In this document: positions 24,654 to 34,237 of the stretch, piece after piece
Position numbering within the stretch: the stretch's first letter is position 1
Layout: each line of letters starts with the position of its first letter
From: Acidimicrobiia bacterium
GTDB taxonomy: Bacteria > Actinomycetota > Acidimicrobiia > IMCC26256 > PALSA-555
Reading direction: 5' to 3'
Length of the DNA: 64,000 nt
NCBI GenBank assembly: GCA_035468285.1
Contig: DATISY010000067.1
Coordinates: 836 to 64,835, forward strand
The notes under the pieces: model-generated
What the model saw: only the letters and a program-made list of their open reading frames with translations
What the model was told of the DNA's origin: nothing
The model's database searches: none
Translations under genes and position numbers: made by a program

Positions 24654-27509
24654 ATGACGCTGCGAGACCTCGACGCATCGTTCGTGCGACGTCACGTCGG
24701 CCCCGACGCCACGGAGCAGGCGGCGATGCTGGAGCTGCTCGGTCTCACGTCGCTCGACGAGCTCGCCGACCGGGCGGTCCCCGCCGCGCTCCGCGACCGG
24801 GACGCGCTCGAGCTGCCCGCCGCCGGCACCGAGACAGCGGTCCTCGAGGAGCTGCGCGGCCTCGCGGGGCGCAACGAGGTCCTCGTCTCCCTCATCGGCG
24901 GCGGGTACGCCGACACGATCACGCCACCGGTGATCCAGCGCAACGTGCTCGAGAACCCGGCCTGGTACACGGCGGACACGCCGTACCAGCCGGAGATCTC
25001 CCAGGGCCGCCTCGAAGCGGTCTTGAACTTCCAGACGATGGTGAGCGACCTCACCGGGATGGAGCTCGCCAACGCGTCGCTGCTCGACGAGTCCACCGCG
25101 GCGGCGGAGGCCATGACCCTGTGCCACCGGGTCCACCCGAAGGCCGGCAACACGTTCGTCGTCGACGCCGACTGCCATCCGCAGACCATCGCGGTCGTCC
25201 AGACCCGGGCGGAAGCCCTCGGGCTCGAGGTGCTCGTCGCCCCGGCTGACGACGTCGCCGCCGAGGACGTGTTCGGCGTCCTCCTCCAGGAGCCCGGCAC
25301 CAGCGGCCGCGTGTCGGACCGGCGGGCGCTCATCGCCGACTGGCATGCCCGGGGCGCGCTCGTCGCCGTCGCCACCGACCTGCTGGCGTGCGCGCTGGTC
25401 GTCCCGCCGGGGGAGCAGGGCGCCGACGTCGTCGTCGGTTCCTCGCAACGCTTCGGTGTCCCCCTCGGCTTCGGTGGACCCCACGCCGCGTTCCTCGCCA
25501 CCCGCGACGAGTACAAGCGGAGCCTCCCGGGCCGCCTCGTCGGTGTCTCGGTCGACGCCGGGGGCCGGCGGGCGCTGCGCCTGGCGCTCCAGACCCGGGA
25601 GCAGCACATCCGCCGGGAGCGCGCCACGAGCAACATCTGCACCGCGCAGGTGCTCCTGGCCGTGATCGCCGGCCTGTACGCGGTGTACCACGGGCCCGAC
25701 GGGATCCGTCGCATCGCCCGCCGCGTGCACCGCCTCGCCGCGATCCTGGCCGCCGGGCTCCGCGAGGGCGGTATCGACGTCGTCCACGACGACTGCTTCG
25801 ACACGCTGACCGTACAGACCCCCGGTCGCGCCGAGGCGGTCACGGCACGGGCCCGGGAGCGGGGGATCAACCTGCGGACCGTCGACACCGACACGCTCAG
25901 GATCGCCCTCGACGAGACGACCACCCCGGCGATCGTGGAGCAGGTCTGGGCCAGCTTCGATGTCACCGCGAGCGTCGCCGACCTCGACGCCTCGACATCC
26001 GACGCGCTCCCCGAGGCGTTGACTCGCACCACGGCGTACCTGACACATCCGGTGTTCCACCAGCACCAGTCCGAGACGGAGCTGCTCCGCTACCTGCGGC
26101 GCCTCTCGGACCGGGACCTGGCGCTCGACCGGACGATGATCCCGCTCGGGTCGTGCACCATGAAGCTGAACGCGACCACCGAGATGCTGCCGATCACCTG
26201 GCCCGAGTTCGCCCGGCTCCACCCGTTCGCGCCGCTCGGGCAGGCCGCCGGGTACGTCGAGCTGTTCACAGACCTCGAGCGCTGGCTGGCCGAGATCACC
26301 GGGTACGACGCGGTGTCGCTCCAGCCGAACGCCGGGTCCCAGGGTGAGCTCGCCGGGCTGCTCGCCATCCGCGCCTACCACCGCGACCATGGTGCCGAGC
26401 AGCGCGACGTGTGCCTGATCCCCGCGTCCGCCCACGGCACCAACGCGGCGAGCGCCACGATGGCCGGCATGCGCGTCATCGTCGTCGCCTGCGACGACGA
26501 CGGGAACGTCGATCTCGACGACCTCAAAGCGAAAGCCAACCAGCACGCCGACCAGCTCGCTGCGCTCATGGTCACGTACCCGTCGACGCACGGGGTGTTC
26601 GAGGCGAACATCCGTGACGTGTGCGCGGTCGTCCACGAGCACGGCGGCCAGGTGTACCTCGACGGCGCGAACCTGAACGCCCTCGTCGGGCTCGCCCGCC
26701 CCGGCAGATTCGGCGCCGACGTGTCGCACCTCAACCTGCACAAGACGTTCTGCATCCCCCACGGTGGGGGAGGGCCGGGGGTCGGGCCGGTCGCGGTGCG
26801 CGCCCACCTCGCCCCCTACCTGCCGAACCACCCGCTGGAGCCCGCCGCGGGACCCGCGACCGGCGTCGGGCCGATCAGCGAAGCCCCCTGGGGCTCGGCG
26901 GGGATCCTGCCCATCTCCTGGGCGTACGTGCGGCTCATGGGCCCCGACGGGCTGCGGACCGCGTCGCTCGTCGCGATCCTCAACGCCAACTACGTGGCGC
27001 GGCGCCTCGCGTCGCACTACCCGGTCCTCTACACCGGCCCCGACGGGCTCGTCGCGCACGAGTGCATCCTGGACCTGCGCCCGATCACCCAGGCGACGGG
27101 CGTCACCGCCGAAGACGTCGCGAAGCGGTTGATCGACTACGGGTTCCACGCGCCGACGATGTCGTTCCCGGTCGCAGGGACGCTGATGGTCGAGCCGACT
27201 GAATCCGAGTCCCAGCACGAGCTCGACCGGTTCTGCGACGCGATGACCGCCATCCGCGACGAGATCCGCTCGGTGGAGCGAGGGGAGTGGACCCTCGACG
27301 ACAGCCCGCTTCGCCACGCCCCGCACCCCGCGGCTGACCTGCTCTCGACCGACTGGCCGCACCCGTACGAGCGGGAGCGCGCCGCGTACCCCCGGCCCGA
27401 GCTACGGGGCGACAAGTACTGGCCGCCGGTGAGCCGCATCGACAACGCGTACGGCGACCGCAACGTCGTGTGCTCCTGCCCGCCGCTCGAGGACTACGTG
27501 GGGGAGTGA
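24654..27509 (+). CDS. gcvP: Glycine dehydrogenase (decarboxylating), single-chain P protein
   Basis: 951 aa. FVRRHVGP start, [11 protein letters not shown], and the PLP-lysine region [16 protein letters not shown]. Confidence 0.95.
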   Translation: MTLRDLDASFVRRHVGPDATEQAAMLELLGLTSLDELADRAVPAALRDRDALELPAAGTETAVLEELRGLAGRNEVLVSLIGGGYADTITPPVIQRNVLENPAWYTADTPYQPEISQGRLEAVLNFQTMVSDLTGMELANASLLDESTAAAEAMTLCHRVHPKAGNTFVVDADCHPQTIAVVQTRAEALGLEVLVAPADDVAAEDVFGVLLQEPGTSGRVSDRRALIADWHARGALVAVATDLLACALVVPPGEQGADVVVGSSQRFGVPLGFGGPHAAFLATRDEYKRSLPGRLVGVSVDAGGRRALRLALQTREQHIRRERATSNICTAQVLLAVIAGLYAVYHGPDGIRRIARRVHRLAAILAAGLREGGIDVVHDDCFDTLTVQTPGRAEAVTARARERGINLRTVDTDTLRIALDETTTPAIVEQVWASFDVTASVADLDASTSDALPEALTRTTAYLTHPVFHQHQSETELLRYLRRLSDRDLALDRTMIPLGSCTMKLNATTEMLPITWPEFARLHPFAPLGQAAGYVELFTDLERWLAEITGYDAVSLQPNAGSQGELAGLLAIRAYHRDHGAEQRDVCLIPASAHGTNAASATMAGMRVIVVACDDDGNVDLDDLKAKANQHADQLAALMVTYPSTHGVFEANIRDVCAVVHEHGGQVYLDGANLNALVGLARPGRFGADVSHLNLHKTFCIPHGGGGPGVGPVAVRAHLAPYLPNHPLEPAAGPATGVGPISEAPWGSAGILPISWAYVRLMGPDGLRTASLVAILNANYVARRLASHYPVLYTGPDGLVAHECILDLRPITQATGVTAEDVAKRLIDYGFHAPTMSFPVAGTLMVEPTESESQHELDRFCDAMTAIRDEIRSVERGEWTLDDSPLRHAPHPAADLLSTDWPHPYERERAAYPRPELRGDKYWPPVSRIDNAYGDRNVVCSCPPLEDYVGE

Positions 27510-27553
27510 GGGTCACCCGCTCGGCACGGCACCGGTCGTAGGCTCACGCGTCG

Positions 27554-28183
27554 ATGACCGAACGCTGGGGTGGCGAACCGACCGAACCGGTGCCCGGCTA
27601 CGGCCGGGGCTCCGAGGGGTACGGCAACCAGCCGGGCGGCGAGCCCACCCAGATGCTGCCCCCGAACCGGCGCCCCGCCGGTCCCGGCGGTCCCGGCGAC
27701 CCCGAAGCGCAACGGCGCCGCCGAGCCTGGCTGATCGCCGGCGCCATCCTCGCCGTCCTCATAATCGTCGTGCTCGTCGTGCTCCTCATCACGAGCGGCT
27801 CGGGTGGGAACTCGAGCAACGCGGTGAACATCAGCTCGTTCAACGTGCCGAGCACCGTGGCGTGCTCCGGCCCGACGACCATCGGCGTGTCCTGGAGCAC
27901 GAGCAACGCGAACGAGGTCGTCCTCTCGATCGACGGCGCCGGCCCCTACAAGACCTACAACGGGACCAGCGGCGCGGACACCGTCCCGTTCCCCTGCAAC
28001 GGCCAGCCCCACCGGTACACGATCACCGCCAAGAGCAACAGCGGCGGTCAGGCCACCCAGACCCAGACGGTCACGCAGCTCACGGCGCCGACGACGACGC
28101 AGAAGCCCACGCCGACGACCCAGCCGCCCCCACCGACCACGACCACCTCACCGCCGCCGCCCACCACGACACCCACAACCTGA
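27554..28183 (+). CDS. Membrane-anchored protein with extracytoplasmic beta-rich domain and Thr/Pro-rich tail
   Basis: 209 aa. Disordered Gly/Pro N-terminus, one TM (WLIAGAILAVLIIVVLVVLLI), an about 90-aa domain with two Cys, then TTQKPTPTTQPPPPTTTTSPPPPTTTPTT. No family recognised. Confidence 0.55.
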   Translation: MTERWGGEPTEPVPGYGRGSEGYGNQPGGEPTQMLPPNRRPAGPGGPGDPEAQRRRRAWLIAGAILAVLIIVVLVVLLITSGSGGNSSNAVNISSFNVPSTVACSGPTTIGVSWSTSNANEVVLSIDGAGPYKTYNGTSGADTVPFPCNGQPHRYTITAKSNSGGQATQTQTVTQLTAPTTTQKPTPTTQPPPPTTTTSPPPPTTTPTT

Positions 28184-28361
28184 CCGACCGGAGCGCAGCC
28201 GCGCCGCCCGACTTCGGGAGCGCTACCTACCGGGGACGCTCGGGACTCACTCGGTCGTCTCCGACGAGCCTCGTGAGGCTGCCCGATACGCTGCGCCGGC
28301 GCTCGGCCCCTGGGTGTTGCTCAGCGCTCGTGGCGCGTGCGCGCCCGCATGAGGAGGGCCC

Positions 28362-28805
28362 ATGTCGACGGAAGACAACAAGGCGATCGTGCGCCGGGCG
28401 TACCTCGATGGCCTCAACCATCGCGATCTCGGCGTCGTCGACGAGGTCTTCGACGTCGACTACGTCGTGCACTACCCCCACACCGGACCGGTCAAGGGGG
28501 TCGAGAAGGCCAAGGAGTTCCTCACCCAGTTCCTGACCGCCTTCCCCGACTGCGTGTTCACCATCGAGGACCAGGTGGCCGAGGACGACAAAGTCGTCAC
28601 CCGCTGGTCGTGCCGGGGGACCCACCTGGGGGAGTGGCACGGCCTGCCGGGCAGCGCGGACCCCACGGTCCCCCCGAGCGGGAGGCCGGTGGCGTTCGGC
28701 GCCACCGACATCTACCTGATCCGGGACGGCAAGATCGTCGAGGAGTGGAACACGCTGGAGCAGCTCGACGTCCTGTCCCAGATCGGCGCCCTGCCGGGCA
28801 CGTAA
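28362..28805 (+). CDS. SnoaL-like ester cyclase family protein
   Basis: 147 aa with a GAGGAGGG RBS. NKAIVRRAYLDGLNHRDLGVVDEVF..DYVVH...FPD..FTIED..AEDDKVVTRW..RGTH.GE is the classic ester-cyclase/SnoaL pattern. Confidence 0.85.
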   Translation: MSTEDNKAIVRRAYLDGLNHRDLGVVDEVFDVDYVVHYPHTGPVKGVEKAKEFLTQFLTAFPDCVFTIEDQVAEDDKVVTRWSCRGTHLGEWHGLPGSADPTVPPSGRPVAFGATDIYLIRDGKIVEEWNTLEQLDVLSQIGALPGT

Positions 28806-29057
28806 GGGGAGCAGCCGATCCGGGCCCTGGATCCGGCCCCAGGTCTCGTACCTGGCTCTAGTTGACATAACGGGGATTATCGGCAAGTTCTGAAGCGGAG
28901 ATCCGCACCGAGCCCCAGAACCCCTGTTTGCCCCGGATCCTCAAGGAACGCCCCCGAATCGCCGATGCCTCTTAAGGCTGGGAGGCGGACCGGACGAAGG
29001 TCCGCGTCCCCCGCCGTGCGCTGCTTGACCGATGGCAGCAACGAAGGGGTCCGGATC

Positions 29058-29555
29058 ATGCGAAGACACCGCAGGCTGGCTGCCAGTGGCGTCATCGCGA
29101 CGGCGGCCGTCTTCACCGCCCTGACGATCTCGCCGGCGTTGGCCGCTCCGCCCAGCCACACCGGCGCCTCGCGCACGGTCACCCCGATCGTCGAGTGCAC
29201 CACCAAGCGCAACGGGATATACCACTCCGTCTTCGGCTTCCGGAACACCGGACCGGCGACCGTCATCGCGGTCGGGAGCCAGAACCGGTTCACGCCCGGC
29301 AACCCCGACCGGGGCCAGCCGACCACGTTCGCCCCCGGCGTCCACATCAACGTCTTCCAGGCCGACACTTCGGCGACGTTGGCCTGGACGCTGGACGGTC
29401 AGCAGGTCCGGTCCCCGGGCATCACCTGCCAGTCCGACCCCGCCTCGAGCTCCCTCGCCGGGTGGGGCCCGATCGGCGCCCTCGTCATCGTGACCGGTCT
29501 CCTCGGCTCGCTGCTGTTCTGGCGGAGCCGCCGTCTGCGGGTGCGCAACTCGTGA
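29058..29555 (+). CDS. Secreted protein with C-terminal TM helix plus Arg-rich tail (candidate exosortase cargo)
   Basis: 165 aa from ATG 29058. Signal peptide MRRHRRLAASGVIATAAVFTALTISPALA/AP, an about 100-aa two-Cys beta-rich domain, then SDPASSSLAGWGPIGALVIVTGLLGSLLFWRSRRLRVRNS. The stop overlaps the GT2 start. Confidence 0.7.
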   Translation: MRRHRRLAASGVIATAAVFTALTISPALAAPPSHTGASRTVTPIVECTTKRNGIYHSVFGFRNTGPATVIAVGSQNRFTPGNPDRGQPTTFAPGVHINVFQADTSATLAWTLDGQQVRSPGITCQSDPASSSLAGWGPIGALVIVTGLLGSLLFWRSRRLRVRNS

Positions 29556-30988
29556 CCGTCGAGGCCCCCGTGCTGGGCGCCGTGCAGCCCCCGGTCGTCG
29601 CCCCACCCATCGCCGCGCCGGTCTCGCCCGCGGTCACCGGCGGCCACGACGTCGCGCCCGGCGCCCCCTGGACACTCCTGTTCCTTCTCGGTCTCGGTCT
29701 CGTCCTCGTCGGTCTCGTCGGCGTCCACGAAGCCAGCCTGCTCGTCATCATCTTCCTGACGGTCCTCTTCCTCGTCTTCCTGCTCCGCCACCTCGCCTTC
29801 GCCATGTCTGCGCTGGCGTCAGCACCACGGGACATGCGGACCCGGAGCGGCTTCGACTACGGCTACCACCCGTTCATCACCGTGATGGTCCCGTGCCGCA
29901 ACGAGGAGCTCGTGATCGAGGGTCTCGTCACGACCCTCATGGCACTCGACTACCCCGACGACTCCCACGAGATCTTCGTCATCGACGACGGGTCCGACGA
30001 CCGCACCGGCGTCATCCTCGACGAGCTCAGTGCCCGCTACCCCGTCCTCAAGTGCATCCACCGCCCGCCCGGCTCCGGCGGCGGAAAGTCCGGCGCGCTG
30101 AACACCGCCCTCGCCGTCGCGCGCGGGGACGTCTGCGTCGTCTTCGACGCCGACCACAAGCCTCGAGCCGATGTGCTGCGCCGCCTGGTCCGTCACTTCG
30201 CCGACCCTGCAGTCAGCGCCGTGCAGGGCCGCTGCATCGTCCGCAACTCGAACGAGACCCGCCTCGCCCGCAGCATCGCCGTGGACTACTACTGCGGCTA
30301 CCTCGTCAACGAGTACGGCCGTCAATCGATGTTCGAGCTTCCCGCCTACGGCGGCTCCAACTGCGCGGTGCGCACGAGCTGGTTGCGAGCCTTCGGCGGC
30401 TGGAACGAGCAAACGGTCACCGAAGACACCGACCTGACCCTCCGGCTCGTGCTCGTCGGTCGTACGGTCCGCTTCGACGTCACCGCGATCGACACCGAAG
30501 AGAGCGTCCCGACCTTCCGGCGGTTCTGGCGTCAGCGGTACCGCTGGGCTCGGGGTCACCAGCAGGTGTGGCGCGAGTACCGCCGTTCCGTCTGGTCGTC
30601 GCGCTCGTTGAGCCTGACTCGCAAGCTCGAAACCACGATGTTCCTCCTCGTGTACCACGTGCCCGTGTTCTGCATGCTGGGCCTCGTCCTGGTGACCCTC
30701 CGGGCCGCGGGCGTGCTCACCTGGGGGACGGGCGTCGACCTGACCCCGATCGCGACGCTGCTGTTCCTCGGTCCCCTCCTCGAGCTGGCCTCTGGTCTCA
30801 TCGTGAGCCGCGCCCCCCGGCGCGCCGCGATCGGGATCCTGCTCTTCCTGCCCGGCTTCGTGATCTTCACCTTCGTGTGCACGAAGTCGTGGGTCGATGG
30901 CCTCCTCGGCCGCCGGTACACGTGGGTCAAGACGGCCCGGACGGGATACGGCCAACAGAGCACCGTGGACGTGGAGGTGATCGCGTGA
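29552..30988 (+). CDS. Family 2 glycosyltransferase, processive synthase type (XrtG-associated-like)
   Basis: 478 aa from GTG 29552 (GTGA overlap). N-terminal TMs, then VMVPCRNEE, FVIDDGSDD, GKSGALN, VVFDADH, TEDTD and QRYRWARG (QxxRW), then 4 or more C-terminal TMs. Confidence 0.9.
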   Translation: MTVEAPVLGAVQPPVVAPPIAAPVSPAVTGGHDVAPGAPWTLLFLLGLGLVLVGLVGVHEASLLVIIFLTVLFLVFLLRHLAFAMSALASAPRDMRTRSGFDYGYHPFITVMVPCRNEELVIEGLVTTLMALDYPDDSHEIFVIDDGSDDRTGVILDELSARYPVLKCIHRPPGSGGGKSGALNTALAVARGDVCVVFDADHKPRADVLRRLVRHFADPAVSAVQGRCIVRNSNETRLARSIAVDYYCGYLVNEYGRQSMFELPAYGGSNCAVRTSWLRAFGGWNEQTVTEDTDLTLRLVLVGRTVRFDVTAIDTEESVPTFRRFWRQRYRWARGHQQVWREYRRSVWSSRSLSLTRKLETTMFLLVYHVPVFCMLGLVLVTLRAAGVLTWGTGVDLTPIATLLFLGPLLELASGLIVSRAPRRAAIGILLFLPGFVIFTFVCTKSWVDGLLGRRYTWVKTARTGYGQQSTVDVEVIA

Positions 30989-31515
30989 ACCGGCAAGGAT
31001 TCGCCGTCCTGGGTCGGCTCGCGATCGCTTTCGGCGCCACCGTCGTCGCCTTCTGGCTCCTGATCGACCCGTGGCGCAACGTCGAGGCGTCGACCATCGC
31101 GCTGCTGTTCCGCAGCGCGGGCGCCCGGGGCGCCAGCCAGGCGTTCGGCAACCAGATCCTGGTCATCCCCAACCACTCGGCACCGTTCTTGGCCACGATC
31201 AGCCCGTCGTGCTCCGCGCTCGCCGCCCTCCTCGCGTTCGCGGCCATCGCCGGGTTCGTGGTGCGCGGGGACCGGCAACGACGGCTCATGGCGTTCCTCG
31301 CCGCCGCGGCCCTCATCCTCATCTGCAACTTCATCCGGATCGGTCTCTCGGTCTTCGTCGGGATCCACACCAACGCGCAGGGTCTGACCGTGTTCCACGA
31401 CTGGATCGGGACCGCGTTCGGGATCCTCTACGTCCTCGGAGGCTTCACCTTGTTCCTCTGGGTCCTGCTGCCCAGCAACCGGACACTCCTAAAGGAATAC
31501 GCCCATGAAAGCTGA
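30985..31515 (+). CDS. Exosortase/archaeosortase family protein, short form (XrtG-like)
   Basis: 176 aa from GTG 30985 (GTGA overlap). Polytopic. Candidate catalytic Cys in ISPSCSALAAL, Arg in ICNFIRIGL and His in VFHDWIGTAFG, in the order and spacing I associate with the exosortase core (CSG...NxxRI...H). Confidence 0.65.
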   Translation: MNRQGFAVLGRLAIAFGATVVAFWLLIDPWRNVEASTIALLFRSAGARGASQAFGNQILVIPNHSAPFLATISPSCSALAALLAFAAIAGFVVRGDRQRRLMAFLAAAALILICNFIRIGLSVFVGIHTNAQGLTVFHDWIGTAFGILYVLGGFTLFLWVLLPSNRTLLKEYAHES

Positions 31516-32152
31516 CACACAGCTCATACTGGTCGCTGCGGGAGCGGCCGCGATCCTGCTGGCGATCGTGTGGCGGTTCCTCGCCCGCGCCCGCCAGATC
31601 CACCGGCTGGAGCGCGCCCTCCGCGGCGACGGGCAGCCCGCCGAGCGGGCCCGCGCCGGGAACACCATCGTCGAGCTCGGGCTGGCCCGGGCGTCCAAGT
31701 CGGTCCTCCAGATGATGCCCAAGGAGCCCGACGACCGGGTCCGCCTCTCGGTGGCCCTCGCTGTCGCCCGACGCCAATGGGAACCGACCCGCGCGAAGCG
31801 GGTCGTGCAGGTACGCGCCTGGGCGAGCGAGGAGCTCGAGCAGCACGGCCGTCCGGTGCGTGAGTTCGGACCGGCCGTCACCCGCCTGGCCGACATGGGC
31901 GGCCCCCGGAACCCCAACCCCCCGCGGCGTCCCAACGGCGCGAACGTCCAACCTGAGGCCCCCACCGCCCCGACCCCGGTCGCGACCCTCGACCCGAGCC
32001 CGGAGCCAGGCACCAACGCCGACGGCAACGGCAACGGGAACGGGAACGGGGCCGACATCATCTACCGGCCCGAGGCGGCCCCGACCCGGGCCCGCAACCA
32101 GGACGGCGCCATCCGCTGGGTCGCGCCGACCGGTAGCGAGCGGACCGACTGA
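31505..32152 (+). CDS. Hypothetical N-terminally anchored protein with disordered Pro/Asn/Gly-rich C-terminus
   Basis: 215 aa, overlapping the upstream gene by 11 nt. One TM (LILVAAGAAAILLAIVW), a helical region, then PRNPNPPRRPNGAN...DGNGNGNGNG. No family recognised. Confidence 0.5.
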   Translation: MKADTQLILVAAGAAAILLAIVWRFLARARQIHRLERALRGDGQPAERARAGNTIVELGLARASKSVLQMMPKEPDDRVRLSVALAVARRQWEPTRAKRVVQVRAWASEELEQHGRPVREFGPAVTRLADMGGPRNPNPPRRPNGANVQPEAPTAPTPVATLDPSPEPGTNADGNGNGNGNGADIIYRPEAAPTRARNQDGAIRWVAPTGSERTD

Positions 32153-33084
32153 TGACCCGGGTCCTCGTCACCGGCGCCGGCGGCGCCGCGGGCGTCGCGG
32201 TCATCCGCGCCCTCGCCCAGGCCGGGCACCACACCATCGCCGTCGACGCCGACGAACGCGCCGCGGGGCTCTGCCTCGCGACCGACGGCCGCGTCATCCC
32301 CCCCGCCAGCGACGCCGCCTTCGGCGACGCGCTCACCCGCGTTGTCGAAGAGACGGGACCCGAGGTCCTGATCGGCACGGTGAGCGAGGAGATCGCCGCG
32401 CTGCACGACCTCCGCGACCGCCTCGCCGACGCCGGGGTCGCGACGTGGCTCCCCCCTGCCGACGCCGTCGCGGTGTGCATCGACAAGTGGAAGTTCGCCC
32501 GGGTCCTGCGCGACGCCGGCATCCCCAGCCCCGTCACGGCGCTGGGCAACAGCCACGACGTCCCCGGCCCCTGGGTCGTGAAGCCCAGGTTCGGGCGGGG
32601 CTCGCGCGATGTGTACCGCGTCGACGACCCGATGGAGCTCGCCTGGGCGTGCCGACGCACTCCCGAGCCCATCGTCCAGACCCGCGCCACCGGCCGCGAG
32701 TTCACCGCCGACGTGCTCGTCGCCCACACCGGACAAATCGCGGCGTGCGTACCCCGGTGGCGGGTCGAGACGAAGGCAGGGATCAGCACGAAGGGTGAGA
32801 CCTTCACCGACGCGGCCATCGACGACGTGGTCGCCCGAACGGTCGAGGCCGTGGGCCTGCGTGGCGTGTCGAACCTGCAGGGGTTCCGAGACGACGACGG
32901 GGTCTGTGTGATCGAGGTCAACCCGAGGTTCTCGGGTGGGCTCCCACTCGCGCTCGCGGCCGGCGCCGACCTCGTCGGTCAGATGCTCCGCGGCGCGCTC
33001 GACGAGCCACTCCAGCTGGAGCGCCTTCGGTACCGGGCCGGTGTCCGGATGACCCGCTTCTTCGACGAACGCTTCGACGGCTGA
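32152..33084 (+). CDS. ATP-grasp domain protein (carboxylate-amine ligase-like)
   Basis: 310 aa with a TGATG overlap. Rossmann-like start RVLVTGAGGAAGVAVIRAL, DKWKF, VVKPRFGRGSRDV and VIEVNPRFSGG are typical ATP-grasp blocks. Confidence 0.8.
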   Translation: MTRVLVTGAGGAAGVAVIRALAQAGHHTIAVDADERAAGLCLATDGRVIPPASDAAFGDALTRVVEETGPEVLIGTVSEEIAALHDLRDRLADAGVATWLPPADAVAVCIDKWKFARVLRDAGIPSPVTALGNSHDVPGPWVVKPRFGRGSRDVYRVDDPMELAWACRRTPEPIVQTRATGREFTADVLVAHTGQIAACVPRWRVETKAGISTKGETFTDAAIDDVVARTVEAVGLRGVSNLQGFRDDDGVCVIEVNPRFSGGLPLALAAGADLVGQMLRGALDEPLQLERLRYRAGVRMTRFFDERFDG

Positions 33085-33085
33085 C

Positions 33086-34237
33086 ATGCGCCTCCTCGTC
33101 CCCTTCGGGACCCGCCCCGAGATCGTCAAGCTCGCCCCCGTCGTCGAGGCGCTGCGCGCCGCCGGTCACGAGGTCCACGCCGTCGCGACCGGCCAGCACG
33201 ACGACCCGCGCCTCTCCGACCGGTTCTTCGTCGACCTCGGTCTCGTGCCCGACGAGCGGTGGTCCCTCCCCCACCTCGAGGCGGAACGCGTCGGCGCGCT
33301 GCTCACCAACGCGTACGAGACCATCGACATGCGCCGACCCGACGCCGTCCTCCTGCTGGGCGACACCCACACCGTCCCGCTGTTCGGGCTCGCCGCCCGA
33401 CGTTTCGGGGTCCCCGTCGCGCACCTCGAAGCCGGCCTGCGGTCCTTCAACGAACGCTCGCTCGAGGAGGTCAACCGGCGCACCGTCGCCGCGATGACCT
33501 CGCTGCACCTCGCACCGACCGACCTCGCGGCCGGGTTCCTCGCCGCGGAGGGGATCGACCCGCGCCGGGTGCGGGCGGTCGGCAACCCCATCACGGACAC
33601 GCTGCGTCTCTACGGCCCCAACCGTCGGCCCCCAGACGAGCGCGACGGCGTCGTCGTCACCGCCCACCGAGCCACGAACGTCGACGACCCCGTCCGCCTG
33701 GGCCACCTCGTGGAGCTCATCCGCCGCCTCGCCGTCGAGGTCGGCCCCGTCCGGTTCCCGGTCCACCCCCGGACCCGCTCCCGGCTCGACGCCACCGGCC
33801 AGCTCGCCGACCTCGTCACCGCCCCCGGGGTCGAGCTCCTCGAACCCCTCCCCTACCCCGAGATGCTCGACGCCATCGCCGGCGCCCGGGTCGTCGTCAC
33901 CGACTCCGGGGGCCTCCAAGAAGAGGCCGCGTGGCTGGGCGTCCCGACCGTCGTGCTGCGCACCTCGACGCCCCGGTGGGAGAGCGTCAACGCAGGGATC
34001 GCGGCCCTCGTCGGCCTCGACCCCGACCGGGCCGTCGCGGCCGCGGTGGCGTTCAGCGACCCGGACACGCAGGCCTGGATCGCCGCGGTGCCGTGCCCGT
34101 ACGGGGACGGGTTCGTCAGCCGGCGGGTCGCCGCGCTGCTCCACGACCCCGAGATCCACGCTCTCCTGACCCTCGAGGAGCCCACGCTCCCGGACGGGCC
34201 GGCCCTGCCCCGCAGCGTCACGGTCGGTGCCCGATGA
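33086..34237 (+). CDS. wecB: UDP-N-acetylglucosamine 2-epimerase (non-hydrolysing type)
   Basis: 383 aa. FGTRPEIVKLAPV, GQH, LLLGDTHTV, VAHLEAGLRSF, EEVNRR and VVTDSGGLQEEA blocks. Confidence 0.9.
   Translation: MRLLVPFGTRPEIVKLAPVVEALRAAGHEVHAVATGQHDDPRLSDRFFVDLGLVPDERWSLPHLEAERVGALLTNAYETIDMRRPDAVLLLGDTHTVPLFGLAARRFGVPVAHLEAGLRSFNERSLEEVNRRTVAAMTSLHLAPTDLAAGFLAAEGIDPRRVRAVGNPITDTLRLYGPNRRPPDERDGVVVTAHRATNVDDPVRLGHLVELIRRLAVEVGPVRFPVHPRTRSRLDATGQLADLVTAPGVELLEPLPYPEMLDAIAGARVVVTDSGGLQEEAAWLGVPTVVLRTSTPRWESVNAGIAALVGLDPDRAVAAAVAFSDPDTQAWIAAVPCPYGDGFVSRRVAALLHDPEIHALLTLEEPTLPDGPALPRSVTVGAR

Noticed and set aside
24591-27362. 923-aa - strand ORF antisense to gcvP (plus other overlapping ORFs at 24692-26032 and 25388-26347)
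   Set aside because: gcvP on the + strand is unambiguous. The antisense products are low-complexity Arg/Gly/Pro strings.
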